Part shown: positions 48,881-64,000 of the stretch, piece by piece
Position numbering within the stretch: the first letter of the stretch is position 1
How the letters are laid out: each line of letters begins with the position of its first letter
DNA from: the human T2T-CHM13v2.0 reference genome, Homo sapiens
Length of the DNA stretch: 64,000 bases
NCBI RefSeq assembly: GCF_009914755.1
Contig: NC_060927.1
Reading direction: 5' to 3' (one strand)
Position numbers and translations under genes: made by a program
The notes under the pieces: generated by a model
The model's input: only the letters and a program-made list of their open reading frames with translations
What the model was told of the DNA's origin: nothing
Databases searched by the model: none

Positions 48881-49744
48881 TATAGAGCGTAGGTGAAAGA
48901 CCTACTCTTTCAAGATCAGAAAACTGCTGATTCCAAACCATCTAGTTTGTAGCGGGAGAAGAGTATGTGAGAATTGAGATAGAAACAATTAATAGGGAAT
49001 GTAAAAAAAGGGAAAATAAGATGTTTCCAGGAGAAACCAAAGAAGGTGATATTATGAAGATTTAAAAAAATAAGTAAAATAGAGAGGAGGCAGAAAATGA
49101 TGTGCTCCATAAGAAAGGTGGAAAGGTAGAGGGAGGAAAGTTTGGTGGAGTCAGATGAAGAGCCCACTAAGAAGATAAGTGGGAAATGACAAAAAAAGGA
49201 AGGGTCAGAACTGAGGCTGGTTGGGTCAGTTTTGAGGGTAACAAAAACCATAAACAATATGCACTCATTGGGCAAGCCAGGTGTTAGGGCTGTCCTGACA
49301 GACATGAAGGAAATCCAGAGAGCTGTCTGCCAGCCTTAAGAGAGGTAGACAGCTAATAAACTGGCCAAAGACTGGGCCAAGTCAGGAATGGAGAGGTTTG
49401 GTAGTAGGCAACAGGCTATAGCAAGCTGCAGAGTCTGCAAGCTGATAAGGAAGCAAAGATTGCTTAGCAAGCTAGGATCAGGAGCTCCAACATCAGGTTG
49501 TGGGAATTCTTTCCCATACATAAGTTCCAAAAAAAAAAAAAAAAAAAAAAAACCTATCTTGTGCAGGAACTATGCTTTGAGAGAGCAAGAGGTGATGTTG
49601 AAATACATACCCAATCATGAAAACTGAGGTCTAAGGCAAAGCAGATCAAGTCTGAGCTGCAGGCCAACAGGATGCTGATCTGGCCTTAAATTTTTCTTAT
49701 TTGCTTGTCAGTTTGATCTTAGAACCTGAAGTCAGCTGTAAGAC

Positions 49745-49990
49745 TGTGGAGCACAGTGGTTAATAGTATAGACTCCTAGAGTTCATCTGCCTGGATTCAA
49801 ATCCTGGTCCCACCACTTGCTAGCTATATAGCCTTGGACAAACTACTTAACTTTTCTGTGTATCAATTTCTCCATCTCTAAATTGGGGATAAGAATAGTA
49901 TCTTCTTCATAGGATTGTTAGGAAAATAGCATTAATACATGTAGTAGCTAGGAGGGAGGTTCATATGGTATACATTAAATAAGTGTTACC
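49745..49990 (+). mobile_element. MIR
   Basis: ctggattcaaatcctggtcccaccacttgctagct...ccttggacaaactacttaac. Confidence 0.85.
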
Positions 49991-51444
49991 TGTTATTTAG
50001 AGTAGAGCCTGTGACTGGTATGAGGGAAGGGACTATATGGCTAGGAAACCAGACAGGCTATTACAAATGGGGAGAAAGGAAAAAAATCCTTAATAATCAT
50101 TATAGTATACCGAAGGCTGTCAGGTAGCTTTGGAAAGGGATTGCAGACACTGTGAGGAAAAGTCACTGTCAGAATTTTATAGTTTTGTTTTTCTCAGTGG
50201 CCTTGAATCTTCACTATGCTGAGAACATATCCCAATCTTTACAAGTCTTTAAAAGGTCAGGAACTTGGCAATAAGGCTGCACTTTGTCAGCCCTTGTTTT
50301 TTGTTTTGTGCAAACACAAAGAACTTCAATCCTATTAATACCATGAGTCATACAAACCAGGACATTTTCTGTAACCTGTCCTGAGTTCCATAATCTTTCA
50401 CCTGAAAGTAGATATACCTCTGAATTGGGCCAAGGATGGAATCGTGATTTAAAATGTGTGCCTTTTTAAACAGGAAATGATGGAGATAGCTTTTGTCATG
50501 CCAAAGTAGATTCAGAGAGGCAAAGATTTCGCTAAATTATTATTACATATATGCATAAATTAATTACAAAAGCTTTTGGTCAAAAGCTTTTATCTGGGAA
50601 AAGAAAAAGGAAGCCATGGCTTTAGCTTCATAAGAAGACAGGGTAGAAGAAATGTAACAATGAGAGGGATCCTCAAGTACCTAGGAATAGGAGGATATTG
50701 TAGAATCACACACAGTAGGATTTGATACTCACCTAACACTGATTTTGGAAGTCCATGGCATGTGATAAACTATGCTAATCACATTTATATCATACATAAT
50801 TTTTCCTACCATAGATGTAGTTTAAATGCTAACATCACAAACTATTTGAAGATTAGCTAATGGTTCAGTTTTTCCATTATATGTGATATTACACTAGCAA
50901 GCCATGCACAAAGTTGAATTAAAATATTAATTTTCTAAGAGTTCTGGGAGTTGCAAGTTTTATTTCCATAGATATTTAGCACCTCCTAAAAATGAGCTAT
51001 GACTGCTGTGATGGTTTTAGTAGAATTCCCCTAAAACCTCTTATTTTTTTCCAGACAGTCTAGGTTCTGGCTAACGCAGGAGTGGCATAGAGCTAAATGA
51101 AAGGTAGCAAACTCATTTGCTGAAACCATTTTCCCAGTCTGAAAGATAATGACAGTGGCAGCCTCGCATGGGAAAAGGATTTGAAGATAACCAATAAACC
51201 AATCTGTGCACTTGCTGAGAATCATAGATACAATATGATCTGACAATGGGCCAGCCAGCCATGATCCTCAGTAAACAAACATTTCTGGAGGGTTTACTGC
51301 ACAAAGGGCATGCCATTAGGTGTGGTAGGAGATCTAAAATAAACACAACTCATAACCACTACCCCTGAGAATGTTCTTAGCCCATTTTGTGGAGAACACA
51401 AACATACTTGAAAATGTGGCAAAACTTCAGAAGGGAGGACCTCT

Positions 51445-52290
51445 GTATGTCCATTAGGACTCCCTCTTGCAAGAAGAGAAAATAAACTTGAACATTAGAA
51501 AAAACTTGGGCTTATATCTCAGGAAATTCAAAGATCAAGTGGGCTGCAGTTGGTTTGCCTGGTAAACTCTGCAATGTCATCAAGGTCCTAATTTCTTCTT
51601 GTTTCTCTACTCTTCCTCCTTTAGGCCAACTTCCCTCATTATCCTGAAATGATTGCCACAGTTCCAGGCTTCACCTCTGAATATTACACCAACCACTCTG
51701 AAGAAAGAGAATGTATTTCCCAGCGATTTAAATAAGAGTCTTGAAATTTAGTTTGATTGGGCATCTTAAATCCCACGACCACCTGCGTGGTGGATATGTT
51801 CATTAACATAAGGAAATTGGGATCCACCCCTGGAATGAGGGAAAGAGTGAGATTCCCTCCCAAACAATTTTGGGCTATTTGAAGGAGGGATAGATAAGCA
51901 TAGAAGATTCTGGGTACTATTAAAAAGGGAAGGCTGAGCACAGTGGCTCACGCGTGTAATCCCAGAATTTTGGGTGGCCAAGGCAGGTGGATCGCTTGAG
52001 CTCAGCAGGAGACCAGCCTGGGCGACATGATGAAACCCCGTCTCTACCAAAAAATACAAAAAAGGAGCCGGGCATGGTGGCACACGCCTGTAGTCCCAGC
52101 TACTTGGGGTCTGAGGCAGCAGGAACTCTTGAGCCCAGGAGATTGAGGCTGCAGTGACCCAAGATCGCTCCACTGCATTCCAGCCTGAGTGGCAAAGTGA
52201 GAACCTGTCTCAAAAAAAAAAAAAGGGGGGGGGGGGTTGGGGGTGGGGAAGAGGAAATGGACATTGTATAGGCAACTACCCATGTCCATT
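51445..52290. mobile_element. MLT1-type LTR split by an AluJ
   Basis: gcaatgtcatcaagg...gattgccacagttccaggc MLT1-like sequence. Confidence 0.6.
51932..52223 (+). mobile_element. AluJ followed by a G-tract
   Basis: Dimeric Alu; A12 then G13. Confidence 0.92.
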
Positions 52291-52669
52291 CAGGAAATTC
52301 TGCAATCTCTCCTAGAATTGGGTCTAAGATTTCACAGTTAAAATAGTGACCATTTTGTTGAGCATAAACCCCTCATTGAGATTTAATTCATTTTTCCTTT
52401 ATCCAGAATACAACTGAAATGGTATGAATTCCTATTTGTCTTCATAACACCTCCTCATGTATTTGAAGAGGTCTATTAGGTCATGCCTTCAATTGTCATA
52501 CGTCTATTTCAAATAATTCGAATTCCTTTTATTTCTTAAAACTTGCTTGAGAACGACCTGTTTTTCTACTTCAGGATACGTACTTATCTTCTTTGGGTGC
52601 TCTTTAGTGTCTTAGAATGTGTTGTTAAAGCAGAGTAACAATCTCAGTGGAGTCCTATACTTGCTATAG

Positions 52670-52900
52670 CTACCATTAACTGAGTACTCTGTGCTGACAG
52701 AGTCTATGTGGTTTTCATACTTTAGCTAATTTAATGTTCCTTACAATGTAATGAGATAGTACTCACATTTTTAAGATGAGAAAACAAGACCAAAGAGGTT
52801 AAGTAACTTGTCCTAAAGCATGCCATAGCAGAGATTGGATTAGAACCCAGTATTCTCTGATTCCAAAACTTACTCTCTTTACGTTAAGCCAAACTGCCTC
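52670..52900 (-). mobile_element. MIR
   Basis: agatgagaaaacaagaccaaagaggttaagtaacttgtcc. Confidence 0.8.
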
Positions 52901-53829
52901 TAAAACACTCATCTTCTAGCTTGAGCAATGCTAAGTATGATTGGTGAATAAAAAATATTCCTGCACATTATGTAAATATAAGGAAAGAATAAGTGCCAGC
53001 ACCTGCAAACCTATCACTTAAAAATTATTCCAAGGTTAAAATATTAAAACAATCTATCCTTCTTCAGTATTCAAATTGTGTCCCACAAATCACTTAATTC
53101 TCCTCTAAAGTCAGGTTTATGAAGTGGTGTGGGTTGAATGCATTATAATATATCAATGATTAATGATTTCCATATGCTAATAACATTTTTATAACCCTAC
53201 TTCGAGTCTTGCTGATTAATTTTAGACAAGGTTACTTAGCTTTCAAAATATAAGAAAATGAATATCCTTTGCTTTAAAGTCAGTAGAAATTCACTGATGA
53301 AAGCAGTTATCGGAAGGGGTTAAAAAGGAAAAATGCAAACAATTATGTAATGTTGAGTTTAAGTGAGGAATAGGGGATAAAGGGCCTCAATTGAAGCCAA
53401 GCCAAAAAAAGTAATTAGGCTGCACATAATTGTCAGAATGAACTGGAACAAGAAAAATGAAAAATCTGGTCAGGAAAAGAGAGAGACACATCATAGTGCT
53501 GTCACCTACATTAGCACAAAATTATCTTCTGGGTGACATCCCTTTTCCCCTCTCTTAATGAGGAATGCAGCTCTTCATACATTTGCAAATACTTCTGACA
53601 GTCTTTACTTGGTCTTACTCCTAACAATCAAAGCACTTCTTTTCCAAATGCTTTTTAGATTTTCTTTTCTCTAAAACCACCAACAGAACATATACTAAAT
53701 AGGATTCTGTCTGGGTTACGTGACTCCAAGAAGAACATTTGGCCTTGGTACCCTTTTAGAAGGAAAAGAAACTTCATCCCGTATTACATAAATGGAGAGA
53801 CTCAGTTAATTCAATCCAGATATTTTTAT

Positions 53830-55715
53830 TTTCTGGAAACATTTTTAGTTACTAAAAAAAGTTTTTAAGTTTTTCTGCTCATTGTAACCTATTTTTCTGA
53901 TCCACTATATATTTACTTATTATATAAATATTATAATAATCATAATGTTTATTATATAATAATTATACAAAACAATGTCCCCCTTTTATAAAGAAACATA
54001 CACACATTTCCATTAGCCTAACAACTCAACTATTCTTTTCTCATGTCCGTTTCCAGTTTGTGTCTTTATGGATATAAAACTTAAAATTTGTTGAAATTTT
54101 AATACAAATAAAATTTTGTATTCTGCCTTTTTCATTTAGCATTGGTTGATAAACATTTTACATATTGCTATGTGAACATCATGAATATTTTTAATAATTT
54201 CATGATAATTCAATTAAAATAATGTTCTATAATTTACCCAACCACTTCTCTATTGTATGCACAAAATATTTTCAATTTTTCCTGATTACAAATGAAGCTG
54301 CCATGAATTTTATCCTGCATAAAACTTTCTCTACATTTTGATATTTTCTTTGGACAAATTCCCAGATATTTTGCTATAATTTTTAAAATGTGCCTAAGTC
54401 CATTTGGTCTATACCGTTGCTCAAGTCTAATGTTTCTTTTTAGTTTTCTGTATGAGTGCTCTATCTATATTGAAGTCTCCCTCTATTATTGCATTGCTGT
54501 CAATTTCTTCTTTCAGATCTGTCAATATTTGCTATAGATGCTTATGTGCCCTGATGTTGGGTGCACAAATATTTACAGTTATTACATCTTCCTGTTGAAT
54601 TCATCCTTTATCATTATGTAATGAACTTCTTTGTCTCTAGAGACAGTTTTTGAATTCAAGTCTACTTGTTTGACATAAGAATAGCCATTTCTGCTTTCTC
54701 TTGGTTACTATTTGCATGGAATATCTTTTTCTATCCCTTCATTTTCAGTTTGTTTGTCCACGAATTGAAACAGAGTCTTTTGTAGGTAGCATACAGTTGG
54801 ATGCAGTTTTTGTTAATCTATTTGGCCATTCTGTGTCTCTTTTTTGGGTTTAGTCCATTTACATTTAAAGTAATTATTGATAAGAAAGTATTTACTATTG
54901 TCATATTGATAACTGTTTTCTGTTTGTTGTTGTTGTTGTTGTTGTTGTTTGTTTCTTTGTTTGTTTTTGAGACAGAGTCTTGTTCTGTTGCCCAGGCTGG
55001 AGTGCAATGGCGCGATCTTGGTTCACTGCAAACTCCGCCTCCCCGTTTCAAGCGATTCTCCCACCTCAGCCCCCTGAGTAGCTGGTATTACAGGCACCAG
55101 CCATCATGCCTGGCTAATTTTTTTTGTATTTTTGTAGAGACAGGGTTTCACCATGTTGGCCGGGCTGGTCTTGAACTCCTGACCTCAGGCGATCTGCCTG
55201 CCTCGGCCTACCAAAGTGCTGGGATTACAGGCGTGAGCCACTGCACCCGGCTCATGGTTTTTTTGTTCCTCTTTCTCTTGCCATTTTTTTATATTGCTAG
55301 GTTTGGGTTCCTTTCTCTTTTTCTTTTGTGAACTTCTATAACTATTTTATTTGTGGTTACCAAGGGCCTGATATAAAATATCTTATACTTTGATAGTCTA
55401 TTTTAAGCTAATAACAATTAACTTCCCTTGCATGAAAGAACACTCTGCCTTTACCTCTCCTCCCCCTGTGTTATATGCTATTGAAGTCATAATTTGCAAC
55501 TTCTTATAGTATATATCCATTAACTTTTTTAGTTATAGTTGTTTTTAATATTTTTGTCTTTTAATTTCCATAGTAGGATTATAATGGATTTACCCACTAC
55601 TGTTATGGTAATAAAGCATTCTCTTTTTTGTCTTCTTTGCCAATGAGTTTTATACTTTTTAATGCTTTCACACTGCTGTTTAGCATTGTTTCATTTCAAC
55701 CTGAAGAACTCCCTC
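53830..55715 (-). mobile_element. Old L1M fragments (3'UTR and ORF2 endonuclease region)
   Basis: Antisense [11 protein letters not shown] endonuclease motif near 54860-54890. Confidence 0.75.
54925..55252 (-). mobile_element. AluS with (CAA)n tail
   Basis: Full-length Alu. Confidence 0.95.
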
Positions 55716-57945
<2,230 letters not shown>

Positions 57946-58897
57946 AAATAAAAGATAGTCAAAGTAGTAGAAATAGTTCCTGCCTTATGGCTACAAACTG
58001 TAGAGAAGCCATTAAAAGGAATATTTCTACAGTTTGTTTAAAAAAAGAAAATAAAAGAAAAAAATTGTTATTAAATACACCTGTGATAGGAACCAGGCCA
58101 GGCAATTTTACATACAATATTCACTGTATTATCACAATAACCTGTAAGTACTGTTATTCATATTTTCATGTAAAGAGACAGACTAAGTGAAGTTAGGAAA
58201 TTTACTTAAAGCCATTTGATGAGAGAATGTTAAGACTTTTACCTTTGTAGTTCTGAAAATTATCAGTTATAATTTCTAAACTTCTTTCTGTTTTGTTCTT
58301 GATTTTATTGTAGGGCTACTCAACTATTTGAACACATTATGATCCCATATTATGCATACTGTATTCCCACAACATTTGCAATATTCATAAATATTAAGAG
58401 ACCCGAAAATGAAACCAAGGCACAAATAAACCTATTAACGTACTTTAGTATCTTTTAAAGTTTTGCTCTCACCCCACAAAGGTTATTCTTTCATGAAAAA
58501 TATATCAGATACAGTCTCTGAAAGAAAATATAATTACCATTGAAATCAATGTTACACGATTAGTTCAAATATTAACAAAGAAATGTATAGTGGTTCTTGA
58601 TGTATTTAATATTCAAAGATTAATTAAATATTTACTGCAAGAAAATAGATAAATGATTCAATGAAAACAAAGCAAAAGGTTCATGTGATTGCCAATTCTG
58701 TTTCTTAGCAAACTATGTGTATCCCAAGAACTAAATTTAAATCACCTTCAGTCAATCATGCAATAGTGAAGTTAACCACATGGTTGCTTTTAATTTTCTA
58801 AGACAAAGAACAAAATCCAAATGAGTCACCTGGTGGTATTAAATCTCCAAAAGCAAATACAAAAGAACAGGAGGCAAATATGTAAAGAATGTAAATT

Positions 58898-59212
<315 letters not shown>

Positions 59213-59477
59213 TTAAAAAAATGGACATTATTTTTTAAAAAGTCCAGCAATATTAAGTTAAAATGATAGCTATTTAGTTAATTGTATTAACTATATGTTC
59301 AGTTGAGAATAATTCTACCTTATAGTGGCTATCTTAGATTTCATGTCATACTTATTAAATTATAATTTAAAATGGACGCTACATAAATAAAATATGCTTT
59401 GACTTATTAATTTTAAATATTGTTATTTTAAGCATTTTTGCTAAAAAACAATAAAGTGAGACTAATAAGCAAAACAA

Positions 59478-59975
59478 ATTGTGGCATTTATATAAAATGA
59501 AATATTATTAGCCTTTGCTAATGGAGGAGATCCTGCCATTTGCAACAACATGGATGAGCCTGGAAGATATTATGTTAAGTAAAATAAGCCAGACACAGAA
59601 AGAAAAATACTGCATAATGTCACTTACATGTGAAGTCTTAAAAAAGTCAAATATATAGAAACGGAGAGTAGAATGGTGTTTACCAAGGGCAGAGACGGGG
59701 AGAAAATGGGCAGATGTAGGTTACGGGGTACAAACTTGTGGTTACATAGGATAAATAAATCTAGAGATCTGATGTATAGCATGGGGGCTATAGTTAATAA
59801 TACTGTATAGTATACTGAAAATTTGCTAGAAGAATAGATTCTAGCAAATTTTAAAGATAATTATTTGAAGTGATAGATAAGTTAATTTGTTTGATTGCAG
59901 TAGCAATTTCACTATGTATGTATATATCAAAAGATCACTTTGTACATGAAATATATACAATTTTAAATAAATAAA
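59478..59975 (+). mobile_element. L1MB/MA 3' end
   Basis: atcctgccatttgcaacaacatggatg...tctagagatctgatgtatagcatg. Confidence 0.85.
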
Positions 59976-61089
59976 TGCCTGCTAGGAAAAAAAAGAAATG
60001 AAAAGTAGATTCACATGCCCAAGTTGTTCAAAACTTACTTAAAATTTTCAAATAACTCAATCAAGTATCAGTTTTTAATTTAAGTGAATTAAAATTAAAT
60101 AAAATTTAAAATGTAGTGTCTCAGCTCCACTAGCCATATTTCAAGTGTTCAACAGCCGTATGTGGCTATTGTGTTGGACATCGCAAATGTAAATAGAGGT
60201 ATTATAACTGATTTTTTTTTTCTGAATAAGGGCTATAGTTCACAGAACCATTAATTATTTTAACATTTATTTCCTTTTTGGAAAAAATTTTGTATTGACC
60301 TTCTTAAAAGCATTTGCCTCCCTTCCAACAAGAAAAATCATTCAATAATCACTGGGATTCACGCGGGTCAAAATGGCCTGGGGGGATCCAATAGATGGAG
60401 TACCAAACTCCTCTTAAAGTCTTGAATAGATGGATACTAAAAGAAGATTTTTGTGAATAAAATATTCCCATATAAAAAGAGAATAAATTCTTTTAGAAGC
60501 TTTTTCTGAGGGAAGTGGAAAAATCCAATTAACTGTTTTTATATCACCAGCTGGTTCCTTGGAGCCGAAAGAAATAACACCTCCCAGGAGTGAACATTTA
60601 TTTCACTTGTAGTCAGAAATTCAGTCGCCCTGCTTCCCTCAGAGATCAGGCTGCCTGTTAAACAATATTGATGGTAATTAGGATGACAAATAACAACAAG
60701 TAATAAGGACACAAATTCTTACCCTTGCAGCTCTTCTCTAATCTTTATTTAATTTATCTATGTGTTTTCGGTACTAATGAGATTTTTTAAATCTATCTCA
60801 AATTGAGGCTCACTTTCTTGTCTTTTGAGAGTGTGGTGCTTCATGATAGTTCCATGATGCTAAAAATAATGATGATAGCTTCTATTTTATTTTAAGAATT
60901 TCCATTTTCCAGTGCCTAGTATGCACCAGACACTATTATAAGCATTTCATAATATATTAAACTATTTAATGCTCACATTTACTGAAGAAAGTAGAGGTTA
61001 AGTAACTTGCTCAAAACCATACAGCTATGATCTTCATAGTCATTATTTTAGATGGGGAATTTGTTATTGAATACTATGTGCTGCTTCCT

Positions 61090-62230
61090 AATGACACCTT
61101 TCCACACATACCCCATTCATTTGCCTTCATTCATTCCTTCCTCCCTCCCTTCCTTTGTTTCCTCCCACTCTCCTTACCTCCCTCTCTTTCTTCCTCATTC
61201 TATGCCTTTTCTCTCCACTTCCACTATTCAATCTATCACACAAGAGTGTGTCTTCACCACCCAAAACTGCTTTTGTTGAGGTCACAAGTGACTTCATAAA
61301 TGGTAATCTCAAGGGGCCAGCTTTCAGTTGCCTTGAAAATATCTTCAGCAAGTGGTCTCTTAAACATTCTCACCTCTGGATTTCTAGGGCACATTCTCTC
61401 ACCTGATTGTCTATCCATTTTCTCCACACTCCTAGTCAGTCACCTTTGCTGTGCTCCTTCTGTTTCATCTTCCCCTTAAAGGTAGGTTTCACAGATTTTC
61501 TTTTATTCATATGTGTATTAGTTTATATATAACTGTGTATATAACTGACCAAACAATCCTCTCTTCTCTACCAACACTCATATCCTGAGTGAGCTCATCT
61601 AGTCTCTTGCCTTTAAATAACATGTATAAACTGCCAACTCAATCTCCATTTTGGACTGAATTAAAAACTTACATACTCACCTGTCTTCCTGACATCTCCA
61701 CGTGGATGTCTATGAGGGATCCTCAACTTAGTATGTCTAAACCTAACACCAAACAGCACCCCCATCACTAGCACACACTTAAAACCAAACCTGCCTCACC
61801 TTTTCCCACACCTAAGTTACCAAACTGGATTAACTTTATCTTATGGATTTCCATGAATTTGTTCCCTTTCATCACTATCCTAGTTCAAGCCATTGTTGTC
61901 TCTTACTAGGATCAGAATTACAACCCCCTAATTGGTCCCTGAAATGCAGTCATGTGACCTCATCCTTCTAGTTCCATCTTAACTCTTCAGCCCCATCTCT
62001 GGTCTTTTTTTCACTCACATTCTATGCTTCTATAATACTATAATTATTTTTTCAGTTTTAAAAATATTCCAAGACTGCTCTTGCCTCTGCACCTTCAAAT
62101 ATGCCATTTCATTTACCTGGGAGGCTCTTCCTTATTCTTTTCTCTACTCATCTTTACCGGGGCACAATAAGAGCACCTACACATAAAGATCTTTGAACAG
62201 TGCCTGGTAAAAAGTAAGCACTTTTTACTC
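61090..62230 (+). mobile_element. L2 fragment
   Basis: actgcttttgttgaggtcacaagtgacttc; gacatctccacgtggatgtc; cagtgcctgg. Confidence 0.75.
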
Positions 62231-62459
62231 AATATCTTTTACCATAAGTATTATTTTCAGAGATATATATAATTCTCTTTACAGGCCACATAGTCCATCT
62301 AACCTGTCTGCTTCTGTGGGCATTTATGTTGTTTCCAATCCTCGGCTATTATAAACTATCCTTATGCACATGTAATTTCAAATATGTCTTGGATCAGTTC
62401 TCTGGAAACAGGGAGTTGTGTGCAAAATACTTATTGGAGGTACTCTTAAGAGATACATG

Positions 62460-64000
62460 GCAGGAGAGGAGCCAAGATGGCCGAATAGGAACAGCTCTGG
62501 TCTACAGCTCCCAGCATGAGCAATGCAGAAGACGGGTGATTTCTGCATTTCCAACTGAGGTACCGGGTTCATCTCACTGGGGAGTGCCAGACAGTAGGTG
62601 CAGGACAGTGGGTGCAGCGCACCGTGCATGAGCCGAAGCAGGGCAAGGCATCGCCACACTCGGGAAGCACAAGGGGTCAGGGAATTCCCTTTCCTAGTCA
62701 AAGAAAGCAGTGACAGATGGCACCTGGAAAATCGGGTCACTCCCACCCTAATACTGTGCTTTTCCAACAGGCTTAAAAAACAGCACACCAGGAGATTATA
62801 TCCCGCACATGGCTCAGAGGGTCCTATGCCCATGGAGTCTAGCTCATTGCTAGCACAGCAGTCTGAGATCAAACTGCAAGGTGGCAGCTAGGCTGGGGGA
62901 GGGGCGCCTGCCATTGCCGAGTTAGTTGTTTGATTAGGTAAACAAAGCGGCCAGGAAGCTCGAACTGGGTGAAGCCCACCACAGCTCAAGGAGGCCTGCC
63001 TGACTCTGTAGGCTCCACCTCTGGGGGCAGGGCACAGACAAGCAAAAAGACAGCAGTAACCTCTGCAGACTTAAATGTCCCTCTCTGACAGCTTTGAAGA
63101 GAGTAGTGGTTCTCCCAGCACGCAGCTTGAGATCTGAGGTCGGGCAGACTGCCTCCTCAAGTGGGTCCCTGACCCCCGAGTAGCCTAAATGGGAGGCATC
63201 CCCCAGTAGGGGTGGACTGACACCTCACACAGCCAGGTACTCCTCTGAGACAAAACTTCCAGAGGAACGATCAGGCAGCAGCATCTGTGGTTCATAAATA
63301 TCCGCTGTTCTGCAGCCACTACTACAGATACCCAGGCAAACAGGGTCTGGAGTGGACCTCTAGCAAACTCCAACAGATCTGCAGCTGAGGGTCCTGTCTC
63401 CTAGAAGGAAAACCAACAAACAGAAAGGACATCCACACCAAAAACCCATCTGTACGTCACCATCATCAAAGACCAAAGGTAGATAAAACCACAAAGATGG
63501 GAAAAAAACAGAGCAGAAAAACTGGAAACTCTAAAAATCAGAGCGCCTCTCCTCCTCCAAAGGAACGCAGCTCCTCACCAGCAATGGAACAAAGCTGGAT
63601 GGAGAATGACTTTGACAAGTTGAAAGAAGAAGGCTTCAGAAGATCAAACTACTCCGAGCTACAGGAGGAAATTCGAACCAACGGCAAAGAAGTTAAAAGC
63701 GTTGAAAAAAAATTAGACGAATGGATAACTAGAATAACCAATACAGAAAAGTCCTTAAAGGACCTGATGGAGCTGAAAACCAAGGCACAAAAGCTACGTG
63801 ACGAATGCAGAAGCCTCAGTAGCTGATGCGACCAACTGGAAGAAAGGGTATCAGCGATGGAAGACGAATGAAATGAAGCAAGAAGAGAAGTTAAGAGAAA
63901 AAAGAATAAAAAGAAATGAACAAAGCCTCCAAGAAATATGGGACTATGTGAAAAGACCAAACCTACGTCTGATTGGTGTACCTGAAAGTGACAGGGAGAA
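62460..64000 (+). mobile_element. 5' end of a primate L1PA (L1PA3-5-like): complete 5'UTR and start of ORF1, running off the window
   Basis: gagccaagatggccgaataggaacagctc (YY1 site); ~1.04 kb 5'UTR; ORF1 MGKKQSRKTGNSK at 63497. Confidence 0.95.
63497..64000 (+). pseudogene. Disrupted L1 ORF1p
   Basis: Premature TGA at 63824-63826 (CGA>TGA) and a small deletion near 63866. Confidence 0.88.

Noticed and set aside
49528-49552. Isolated poly(A) as the tail of a processed pseudogene
   Set aside because: No upstream ORF remnant, polyadenylation signal or convincing TSD
54801-55331. 176-aa hydrophobic ORF
   Set aside because: Antisense L1 plus Alu sequence

Overview
Primate (very probably human, chr3q22) genomic DNA. 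The only supported protein-coding feature is the 5' end of PIK3R4 (VPS15/p150) on the minus strand: a first coding exon (2330-3108, ATG at 3062), a non-coding exon 1 (~4162-4690) and a CpG-rich promoter. The other ~59 kb is intergenic and rich in repeats: ~27 Alu/FLAM copies, a full-length old L1MA-type element with a visible TSD, the 5' end of an L1PA, L1M/L1PB/L2/MIR fragments, MaLR/ERV LTRs and DNA transposons. I found no clearly new functional system. The best leads are a decayed Gypsy-like pol fossil (RT-RNaseH-integrase order, ~28.5-29.8 kb), three uORFs and an RFX X-box at PIK3R4, a strong CTCF motif, and an L1PA antisense promoter pointing toward PIK3R4. Repeat subfamilies were called by eye from remembered consensus sequences, and old-repeat boundaries are approximate.
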